Source: Myxococcota bacterium
Lineage (GTDB): Bacteria; Myxococcota_A; SURF-8
Reading direction: 5' to 3'
Assembly (NCBI GenBank): GCA_965140415.1
Contig: OZ223209.1
Coordinates: 1,888,001-1,952,000, forward strand
Length of the DNA: 64,000 bases
The number at the start of each line of letters is the position of its first letter. Positions within the stretch are counted from its first letter, which is position 1. This document shows, in pieces, positions 27,458 through 35,491 of this stretch. The notes under the pieces were generated by a model. The model was not told where the DNA came from, ran no database searches, and saw only the letters and a program-made list of their open reading frames with translations. Both the position numbers and the translations under genes were made by a program.

Positions 27458-30400
27458 TCAGGCTTTCGGTTCCGCGGCATAAAGCGCCTCTTCGCGTACC
27501 AGATCCTTGGCGATTGGCTTTTGCGGGAAGCGGTCGATGATTTCAGCCTGTACCGGCAGTACCGTTTTCAGTTTTTCTTCCAGTTCCAGTGGCATTACCA
27601 GTCCCTTGCGACGATTTTCCGGCAGCATCGGGAACACGGCGATTTTGCCCGGTTTGGTGTATTTGCGCAGCACGTAGGCCAGACCGATCTGCAAGCCGTT
27701 CATGTCGGTGGCGCAGGAGGTGACGTTACCGATAAAGTCTCCACGCGAGTTGGCCACCGGATCGCCCGGTTTAAGCGGCTTGGTGCCTTTTTCCGGCACG
27801 CAGAAGCGCACCGTTTCGCGTGTACGTTCAGCTTCGGCTTTGAGCATGGCCTGCTTGCCGATGAAGAAGGGCTTGTGGAATTTCACATAGGATGGGAAGC
27901 CCGCGCCATGCGGCGTCAGGTCGAATGTGCCTTCCAGTTCGTGACCGTACAACGGCAATCCGGCTTCGGTGCGGGTGCTGTCACGCGAGGCCAGGCCGCA
28001 GGGCAACAGCCCGAAGGGCTGCCCGGCCTGCATCAGTTTGTCCCACATTTCCGGGGCGCGGTCGGGATGCACGAAGACCTCGAAGCCCATCTGCTCGCCG
28101 GTGTAGCCTGTGCGTGAAATGACCACCGGCAAACCACCCAATGTGAATTCACCACAGCCGGTGCGCTTGACGGCCAACAGGCGGTCGCGTTGCTCCGGCT
28201 CGATCAGCGCCAGTAACACGTCGCGGGAGCGCGGACCTTGCAGCGCCAAATTGACGCGGCAGTCCTCGCCGTGGGCACGGTCTTTCAGGTTGCGCAGTAC
28301 AGCGGGTTTCAGGATGCGTCGCTGCGGAATTTCGTAGTCGATCAAGACCTTACCTTCGTTCACCGCATTCATCCAGGCCCAGTCTTTATCTTCATTACCG
28401 GCGTTGACGACCACAAGGAAATGCTCTGCATTCAGGCGATAGACCATGATGTCGTCCAGCAGGTGACCGTTGGGTAGCGGCAGGTAAGAATAATAGGATT
28501 CGCCGTCGCGCACCCATTTCGAATAATTGGTGCTTACAAGATCCAGGAAATCGACCGCATTGGGACCGGTAATGTCGAAAACTCCCATGTGCGACACGTC
28601 GAACAGACCGCAGGTGCTGCGCACAGCGCGATGTTCTTCCAGAGTCGATGTGTACCAGACCGGCATTTCCCACCCGGCAAAGGGCACCAGTTTTTTCGTC
28701 AGCTTTTTATGAGTTTCGTACAGGGTGGTTCGCTTGAGTTCGCCTTCCTCTTCCTGCCAGCTGAATTCCGGCAGGTTTTCCGGTTTGTCGAAGGCGTCTT
28801 TCACCAGATTCTGACCGATGAAGTAGGGCTTATGGATGTCGAACCACTTTGTCTGTCCCTTTTCAATCAGTTCCTTTACGGGCGTTCCCGGTTCGGGGCG
28901 CTTGTCCGTTTCACGCAGTAATTTGTGCCCGCCGACTGGATGCTGGGTCCAACTGCGCAGCAATTTGCGTGTTACTTCTTCATGATCTTCCATCGGTACA
29001 ACCAGACGGACAAGATTCTCACCCTTTACCTGGGCCAGAATGACGCCATCGCGCCAGGTTTCGTCTTGCGCCAGAGAGGGAGCGCGTTTGCCGTACAGAT
29101 CGTAAACAAATACCCGGTCGGCTTCGTCGCAATCCTCGCTTGTCAGATCCTCAACGACCGCTGGTCCTTCCACCTTGGCGGTGATGTCAGCCGGTTCGAA
29201 CAGCAGGTAGCCGTCGGCATGGCCGCGCGTCCAGCTTAATACGCGCTGGGCGCGACCGGCGCTGGGCATCACGTAAAACCCGTTGTCCGATTTGTCGTCA
29301 CGCTCGCGGATTCGCATGACCACCACATCGTCTAGCACGTCACCTTCACCGGTCAGCATCAGCGTGCGCAATGCTTCACCGGGTTTGAGAACGGACAGAT
29401 CGTTGGTAACCTGGTTTTGCAGGTGCGCTTCCACGCGTTCGCCTGTCACGCGAATGATGCCGGTCGGAACCGGAATAAACACCGCTTCGGAGTTGACGAT
29501 ATCGTCATCGGCTCCCTCATCCTGGTGCTCTTCCGCCAGGATCTGGTAGTGCGGATAGCCGGAGGTTCGCGTGTCGCGGCCTTCCAACTCGTCCACCAGT
29601 TCGGCCACTTCCCGCTTGGCTTCTTCCAATACATCGAAATGCATTTTGCCGCGCGGCAAGGTGCCGGTCAGACCGTCGTATTTGAAGGGATGGATGTCGT
29701 GCAGGATTTTACTGATCACGTTGGCAAGTCGGGTCAGTTGTTCTTTGGTGATGCCACGCTGGGTCAGCCAGGGCGTTCCCATGCGTACGCCGGTGGCCAT
29801 GGCGGTCAGGTCGTCGCCGGGAATGGTGTTCTTGTTGGCGACGATGCCGCATAATTCCAGCATCCGTACCGCCATTTCGCCGCGCAGTTGCTCGTCCGTC
29901 ACCTTCGGCAGACCCTTCAGATCGGTCAGCAGCAGGTGAGTATCCGTGCCGCCGTAGGCCAACTTCAAGCCTGCTTCGGTTAATGCATTGGCGAAGTGCG
30001 CCGCATTTTCCACGATTTGCTTTTGCACCGCTTTAAAGGATTCCGTTTTCGCCAGTTCCAGCGCCACTGCCAGCGCCGTAATGGTGTTAACGTGCGGACC
30101 GCCCTGCTCGCCGGGGAAAACCGCCAGATCGACCATGCGGGCTTTATCCAGATCGGTAGTCAGAATGATGGAGCCGCGCGGACCCATCAGGGTTTTATGC
30201 GTGGTGAAAGTGGTGACGTCTGCCAGACCGACCGGACTGGGGTAAGCGCCTGCACTGGCCATACCCGCCGGGTGGGCGATATCCGCCATCAACAACGCGC
30301 CGCAACGATCCGCGATAGCGCGGAAGCGTTCCCAATCGGGCGCCCAGGGATAAGAGGTATACCCGGCGATGATCAGGTTGGGCCGATGCTCCATGGCTAG

Positions 30401-31009
30401 TTCTTCGATGCGGTCGTAGTCCAGCTTTTCCGTTACCGGGCTGATGCCGTAGGGAACGATCTTGAAGCGGCGGCCCGACATATGGAATTCCGAGCCGTGG
30501 CTCAAGTGACCGCCGTGCATCAGATCCATGCTTAGAATCGTGTCGCCGTCGTTCAAAAAGGCTTCGAAAACCGCCAGGTTGGCCGCTGCGCCGGAAAGCG
30601 CCTGCACGTTGGCGAAAATGTGGTCGGCGTCTACGCGCTCGTTGGCGAATACTTCCGCCGCGCGCCGGATGCACAGCGACTCGACCATGTTGGCGTAATC
30701 GGTGCCTTTATAGAAACGCCGGTCGGCGTAGCGCCGGTAGATCGACAACTGCCCGCGAAAGTCGGACAACTGCTCTTCGTTCATGTGCGATACCAGAGAA
30801 CTGGGGTAGCCCTCGGCGTAGAGGTTGCCGTATACACTCTGCATCGTCTGACGCACCAGGGGATGACAGAGGCTTTCAGACGGAATCAGGATGAGCCGTC
30901 GTGTCTGACGTTCTTCTTCCATGCGGATCAGGCTGTCAATGGCAGGATCGGCTTTTGCGAGCTCGCCTTCAAAGGGGAAAGTACCAACGGTTTTAATGCG
31001 GTCTGACAT
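27458..31009 (-). CDS. Serine hydroxymethyltransferase / glycine-cleavage T-protein fusion (GlyA-GcvT'-GcvT)
   Basis: N-half SHMT (LIPSES, YAEGYP, GGHLSHG, TTHKTLMGPRG with the PLP lysine, PGEQGGP, GGTDTHL, NKNTIP, GVRMGTP); C-terminal GcvT (KRT.LYE.H, FAGWEMPVWY, LFDVSHMG, RTGYTGE.GFE, RDSTRTEAGLPLYGHEL); AGGAG SD. Confidence 0.93.
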   Translation of the reverse strand: MSDRIKTVGTFPFEGELAKADPAIDSLIRMEEERQTRRLILIPSESLCHPLVRQTMQSVYGNLYAEGYPSSLVSHMNEEQLSDFRGQLSIYRRYADRRFYKGTDYANMVESLCIRRAAEVFANERVDADHIFANVQALSGAAANLAVFEAFLNDGDTILSMDLMHGGHLSHGSEFHMSGRRFKIVPYGISPVTEKLDYDRIEELAMEHRPNLIIAGYTSYPWAPDWERFRAIADRCGALLMADIAHPAGMASAGAYPSPVGLADVTTFTTHKTLMGPRGSIILTTDLDKARMVDLAVFPGEQGGPHVNTITALAVALELAKTESFKAVQKQIVENAAHFANALTEAGLKLAYGGTDTHLLLTDLKGLPKVTDEQLRGEMAVRMLELCGIVANKNTIPGDDLTAMATGVRMGTPWLTQRGITKEQLTRLANVISKILHDIHPFKYDGLTGTLPRGKMHFDVLEEAKREVAELVDELEGRDTRTSGYPHYQILAEEHQDEGADDDIVNSEAVFIPVPTGIIRVTGERVEAHLQNQVTNDLSVLKPGEALRTLMLTGEGDVLDDVVVMRIRERDDKSDNGFYVMPSAGRAQRVLSWTRGHADGYLLFEPADITAKVEGPAVVEDLTSEDCDEADRVFVYDLYGKRAPSLAQDETWRDGVILAQVKGENLVRLVVPMEDHEEVTRKLLRSWTQHPVGGHKLLRETDKRPEPGTPVKELIEKGQTKWFDIHKPYFIGQNLVKDAFDKPENLPEFSWQEEEGELKRTTLYETHKKLTKKLVPFAGWEMPVWYTSTLEEHRAVRSTCGLFDVSHMGVFDITGPNAVDFLDLVSTNYSKWVRDGESYYSYLPLPNGHLLDDIMVYRLNAEHFLVVVNAGNEDKDWAWMNAVNEGKVLIDYEIPQRRILKPAVLRNLKDRAHGEDCRVNLALQGPRSRDVLLALIEPEQRDRLLAVKRTGCGEFTLGGLPVVISRTGYTGEQMGFEVFVHPDRAPEMWDKLMQAGQPFGLLPCGLASRDSTRTEAGLPLYGHELEGTFDLTPHGAGFPSYVKFHKPFFIGKQAMLKAEAERTRETVRFCVPEKGTKPLKPGDPVANSRGDFIGNVTSCATDMNGLQIGLAYVLRKYTKPGKIAVFPMLPENRRKGLVMPLELEEKLKTVLPVQAEIIDRFPQKPIAKDLVREEALYAAEPKA

Positions 31010-31247
31010 GGAAACTCCTTTCGATCAACCCAGCATGTCTTTCGATAAGAAGGGAAATTCAAGCTTTTATAAATCGTTTTCAACGGCCCGAAAGCGCAAT
31101 ACGGAAACCCGGGCCGACCGTTGGCTATGATACCGTTTTAAAATTTCTTGTAAAGGAAGGATTCAGACTATTTCGGACTATTTCGCAGCGTCAAGTTGCA
31201 CTCTTTTTCGATAGGAAAAATAACCTGATCGGCAAAGAAAATGTGGA

Positions 31248-32240
31248 TTACGGACCGCAGAAACCGCGATCCTTGTGCCAGCCCCAGGCATCTGCAACGA
31301 TGCGGTCCAATTCGCTGTATTTACGCTGCCATCCCAGTACGCTGCGGATTTTTCCGCTACTGGCGATCAGTTCCGCCGGATCGCCTTCGCGGCGTGGACC
31401 GATGGAATGCGGCACGCTTTGCTTGCAAACCCGCTCGATGGCGCGAATCACTTCGAACACGGAGTACCCGGTTTCACTGCCCAGGTTAAAGGCATGGCTG
31501 TCGCCGTTTTCCAGCAGGTGATCCAGCGCCAGCCGATGTGCTTCGGCCAGATCGATGATGTGGATGTAATCCCGGATGCAGGAACCGTCCCGCGTCGGGT
31601 AGTCTTCGCCGAAAACGGTCAGTGCCGGAATTTCGCCCGCCATGGCGCGCATGGCGACGGGAATCAGGTGGGTTTCCGGGTCGTGCCATTCGCCCGTACG
31701 GCCTTTGGGATCGGCTCCGGCGGCATTGAAGTAGCGCAGGGCGACGAACTTCAGGCCCCAGGCATTTTCGCAGTCGGCGAAGATCTGCTCCATGATACGC
31801 TTGGACCAGCCGTAGGGATTGATGGGGGCCTTGGGATGTTCTTCCGGGATCGGCACCTGTTGCGGTTCGCCGTAAACCGCCGCCGTGCTGGAGAAGACCA
31901 GACGCCTAACCTCGTGTTTTTTCATTGCGTTTAACAGGTTGATGGTTCCGCTGATGTTGTTGCGGTAGTAGCGCAAAGGGTCTTGTACCGATTCGCCTAC
32001 TGCAATAAACGCGGCGAAGTGCAGCACCGCGTCGAACGAGTTGGAGGAGAAGACTTCCTCCAGCCGGTGTTCGTCCAGCAGATCGGCTTCGTGCAGAATT
32101 CCGGCTGTTGCCAGTTCTCGATAACCGGTGGATAGATTATCCAGCAGTTCCACGTCGTATCCGGCGTCTTTAAGGTGATAGGCGGTTGTCGAGCCGATGT
32201 ATCCGGCTCCTCCCACGACCAGTATATTAGCTGCTGGCAT
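31248..32240 (-). CDS. galE: UDP-glucose 4-epimerase
   Basis: GGAGYIGS, HFAA...VGESV..PL.YY.NN, FSSTAAVYG, YGWSK, LRYFNAAGA, DGSCIRDYIH. Confidence 0.95.
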   Translation of the reverse strand: MPAANILVVGGAGYIGSTTAYHLKDAGYDVELLDNLSTGYRELATAGILHEADLLDEHRLEEVFSSNSFDAVLHFAAFIAVGESVQDPLRYYRNNISGTINLLNAMKKHEVRRLVFSSTAAVYGEPQQVPIPEEHPKAPINPYGWSKRIMEQIFADCENAWGLKFVALRYFNAAGADPKGRTGEWHDPETHLIPVAMRAMAGEIPALTVFGEDYPTRDGSCIRDYIHIIDLAEAHRLALDHLLENGDSHAFNLGSETGYSVFEVIRAIERVCKQSVPHSIGPRREGDPAELIASSGKIRSVLGWQRKYSELDRIVADAWGWHKDRGFCGP

Positions 32241-32266
32241 ACGGTGCTCCTTCCGTTATTTCCAGT

Positions 32267-32295
32267 ATTATAAAAGGGAGAGGCGACATGCGCAA
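32267..32295 (-). promoter_or_regulatory. sigma70 promoter of galE
   Basis: Minus strand TTGCGC-17 nt-TATAAT. Confidence 0.55.
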
Positions 32296-32378
32296 CGGAA
32301 AGCTCGCGTGTTTTCGCCCTTGACATCAAGAGGATTATCAGGGATAACCCCTGACTGGACATATAAAGGAGGTTTCAC

Positions 32379-33503
32379 ATGGCAAAAGCGAAAGTCGCCG
32401 TGTTGCGGACGTCGCCGGAAACGGTAGTGGACGACTACCGGAAACTGCTGGAACTGGCAGGCGCCGATAGTGCGATGGACAAGAATGCAACCACCATTTT
32501 GAAAGATAACATCACCTGGCATCTGGCATTCCCTGGCGTCAACACCACGCCCTGGCAGATGGAAGGCACGATTTTAGGTCTGAAGGATCTGGGATTTTCC
32601 GAGATCGTGGACGTTCACAACCACACGGTTGTTACCGATCCGCACATCGGCGAAGTCAATCTGCATTTCAAAGCGGTGTACGACAAATACGAAATTCCGC
32701 GAAAATTCAACTTCGTGGAAGAGGATATGCACTGGGAGATCTATAAACCACGCGCCAAAATGCACGTGCTGGATCACATCTTCCCGGAAGGTATTCGGGT
32801 GCCGGATTATTTCCACGGCAAGAATATCGTGCATCTTCCTACTATGAAAACGCATACCTACACGCAGTGGACCGGTGCGATGAAAAATGCATTCGGTGGG
32901 CTGCTGAGCCAGAAACGGCATTATACGCATACCTGGATACACGAAACCCTGGTTGATTTGCTGGCGATCCAGAAGGAAATCCATTCCGGCGTTTTCGCCA
33001 CGATGGACGGCACCACCGCCGCAGAAGGCCCCGGGCCGCGCACCGTCCAGCCGCATGACAAAAACGTGATCATCGCCAGCGCCGATCAGGTGGCGATCGA
33101 TGCCGTAGCCGGAAAAATCATGGGATTCGATCCGATGCAGGTCAAATTCGTGCGCATGGCGCATGACGACGGGCTGGGCGTCGGCGATCCGCGTGAAATC
33201 GAAATCGTGGGAGACGAGTCGGTGTTGAAAGAAAACTGGCGCTTCCAGGTTGGTGCGAACTTCGCCACCGGCGCGGGACTGATGCTGTGGCGCTCGCCGT
33301 TGAAAGTCTTCCAGAATTTGTTGTTCCATACGCCGCTGGTTCATGGTTTTGTGGCCGCCAGTGCGATCTATCACGACAAAGTCTGGTACCCGATGAACGG
33401 GGATAAAGTAGTGCAGAACTGGATCAACACTTCGCCGTGGGGGAACCTGTTCACCCAGTATGAACGTGCGGAGCAGATCCCGGATCGTGGTGAACGCGCG
33501 TAA
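32379..33503 (+). CDS. DUF362 domain protein
   Basis: ILK.NI.W....PG.NTTPW, LPTMKTH....TGAMKN.FG, S.D.VAIDA...K.MG pattern; AGGAGG SD. Confidence 0.8.
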   Translation: MAKAKVAVLRTSPETVVDDYRKLLELAGADSAMDKNATTILKDNITWHLAFPGVNTTPWQMEGTILGLKDLGFSEIVDVHNHTVVTDPHIGEVNLHFKAVYDKYEIPRKFNFVEEDMHWEIYKPRAKMHVLDHIFPEGIRVPDYFHGKNIVHLPTMKTHTYTQWTGAMKNAFGGLLSQKRHYTHTWIHETLVDLLAIQKEIHSGVFATMDGTTAAEGPGPRTVQPHDKNVIIASADQVAIDAVAGKIMGFDPMQVKFVRMAHDDGLGVGDPREIEIVGDESVLKENWRFQVGANFATGAGLMLWRSPLKVFQNLLFHTPLVHGFVAASAIYHDKVWYPMNGDKVVQNWINTSPWGNLFTQYERAEQIPDRGERA

Positions 33504-33525
33504 GGTCATTCGGAAAGTATCTCGG

Positions 33526-33556
33526 AAGGATGGGTAGTGATCTGCTCATCCTTTTT
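33526..33556 (+). terminator. Rho-independent terminator after DUF362
   Basis: AAGGATGGGTAG-TGAT-CTGCTCATCCTT plus T run. Confidence 0.7.
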
Positions 33557-33589
33557 CATTTGTGCAGTGGGTAAACGAAAGGAAACGCC

Positions 33590-33775
33590 ATGCCGGTCGT
33601 GAATTTAAAGGTGTTAGGCGAACTGACGGACGATCAGAAACGGGAATTGACGGCTCGCTTTACCAAAGACCTGGAAGAGGTGGCCGGAAAGCCGCCCGAG
33701 TACACGTATGTGATTATCGAGGAAATCCCCAGGAACAATTGGGGTCACAAGGGTGTACTGTTCTCGGACAAATAG
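33590..33775 (+). CDS. 4-oxalocrotonate tautomerase family protein
   Basis: 61 aa, catalytic Pro1, T.DQKREL...T......GKP.E...VII.E....NWG..G. Confidence 0.9.
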   Translation: MPVVNLKVLGELTDDQKRELTARFTKDLEEVAGKPPEYTYVIIEEIPRNNWGHKGVLFSDK

Positions 33776-33885
33776 GGAATGTTTTGGGATATGGGGTTTG
33801 TTGTCGCAACATGAGACAGCAAGCTGCAACGTGAAGTTTCCGTTTATACAAGGTCGCCTCTGGTGTGAAGCGAACAACCCCCATC

Positions 33886-34431
33886 TTATTCGAACGCGAA
33901 GGAAACCTTGGCGGCAAGGGTGATGTAAAGTGGATCGCTCCAGCTGTCGGGCAGGATCAGGTGATATCGCGCTTCCAAGCCTGCGCCGATGCGATCCGTG
34001 GCGGCGAATTGCAGGGCAAAGAGCACATGCCACACGCCTTGAAAGCGCCAGCCTTCGTTATCGACGTTGCGCAGTAACGGTCCGATGCCGCTGCCGATGG
34101 TGACCATCAGAGGTAACAGGTCGATATCGTAGTTCACTCCCGCCGTGGCATCGAGCAAGTACCCCTGTTTTTTCAGATCCAGTTGCAGCATGCTGAAATC
34201 GGTATCCAGCTTAAGATACAATCGGTCGAACAGGCGATAGCCGCCCATCCAGCCGATGTTCATGCCGTGCTGTTCGCCCGGTTCCTTTTTCAGGTAAGCA
34301 TATCCGAGCCGAACCTCGGTCAGCCATTCGGGAGGGTCTTGATCGGCCAATGAGGGACGCTCGGAAAGCACAAGCAGGCCAAACGCCATTAAACCAATGA
34401 GGATGAACTGTGTGATACGTAACGGCATCAT
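33886..34431 (-). CDS. Small outer-membrane beta-barrel protein
   Basis: Signal peptide, alternating aromatic/Gly beta-strands (G.EARYH), C-terminal ...KVSFAFE. Confidence 0.65.
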   Translation of the reverse strand: MMPLRITQFILIGLMAFGLLVLSERPSLADQDPPEWLTEVRLGYAYLKKEPGEQHGMNIGWMGGYRLFDRLYLKLDTDFSMLQLDLKKQGYLLDATAGVNYDIDLLPLMVTIGSGIGPLLRNVDNEGWRFQGVWHVLFALQFAATDRIGAGLEARYHLILPDSWSDPLYITLAAKVSFAFE

Positions 34432-34605
34432 TCTCTCTATGACTGTGATTCAAAAAGCAATGAGTGGAAGTCTAGCCCGGCCCGGCAAACGATGCAAGCC
34501 CAAAGCATCCTATCGAAAATACGCATAAAGCGGTTGACGCAGCCGAAACTCTGAGCCTATGATGTTTGGCGATCCTAATTGTTGGTCTTGAAACGGGGAA
34601 AAGCC

Positions 34606-35478
34606 ATGAAAGTATCGGTGCTGGTGGAAAACTCGGCGGGTGAAAATAGCGATTTACAAGCGGAATTCGGCTTGTCCATGCTGATTGAAAGCGCAGGCAA
34701 GCAAATCCTACTCGATACCGGATCGAGTGGCATCTTTGCCGACAATGCTAAGAAACTGGGGATGAATTTGGGCGGCATCGATCACATGCTGCTCTCTCAC
34801 GGGCATTTCGATCATGGCGGTGGTTTGGACGCCTTTTGCGAGCAGAATCAAAATACACCGGTTATCCTGCGCAAGGGAGCCGATCGACCGAGTTACGGCA
34901 CCATCGCTCCCGCCTTGCCTGACCTGTTGCATCGCAGCGGCATACTGACACGCTACATCGGCTTGGACGAGGGTATTCTAAAGAAGTATGCGGATCGTTT
35001 GCAGTGGATTGAAGAGGATATGGAAGTTTCTCCGGGTGTATGGGCGCTAACCTCGATTCCACGCGATCATCCCATCCCCAACGGCAATCGCTTTCTTCTG
35101 GTCCGGGAAAACGGGCATTACCGGCCCGACGATTTCAGCCACGAACTGGTGCTGGTAGTCGAGGAAGAAGGAGAGGCGGTTGTCTTTTCAGGCTGCGCCC
35201 ATAATGGAATTCTGAACATGCTCGACGCCACCCGGCGACAGCGTCCCGAACTGCCCATCCGGGCGGTGGTCGGCGGTTTTCACCTTAACCTGCCGCGCTC
35301 GGAGAATATGTCCGCCCCGGCGGAGGAAATTCGTGCTTTGGCAGAGGAACTGGGAAGGCAGGTTACGGGAACGATTTACACCGGCCATTGCACCGGTCAA
35401 GAGGCGTATCGCACGATGAAAGAGGTTTTGGGGGATCGTTTGCAACCGCTGCATACGGGGGCGCAGTTCGAAGTTTAA
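34606..35478 (+). CDS. MBL-fold metallo-hydrolase
   Basis: MKVSVLVEN, EFGLS..IE, LLDTG, SHGHFDHGGG, GCAHNGI.N, GGFHL, GHCTG; TTGACG-18 nt-TATGAT promoter at 34534-34563. Confidence 0.9.
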   Translation: MKVSVLVENSAGENSDLQAEFGLSMLIESAGKQILLDTGSSGIFADNAKKLGMNLGGIDHMLLSHGHFDHGGGLDAFCEQNQNTPVILRKGADRPSYGTIAPALPDLLHRSGILTRYIGLDEGILKKYADRLQWIEEDMEVSPGVWALTSIPRDHPIPNGNRFLLVRENGHYRPDDFSHELVLVVEEEGEAVVFSGCAHNGILNMLDATRRQRPELPIRAVVGGFHLNLPRSENMSAPAEEIRALAEELGRQVTGTIYTGHCTGQEAYRTMKEVLGDRLQPLHTGAQFEV

Positions 35479-35491
35479 GCCAGCCTACAAA

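Noticed and set aside
31010-31130. Glycine, ZTP or THF riboswitch ahead of glyA-gcvT
   Set aside because: I found none of the consensus cores (GGAGA...CCGAAG...CTCTCAGG; GACTGGCG...GTGG...CCAC...CGCCTGGG).
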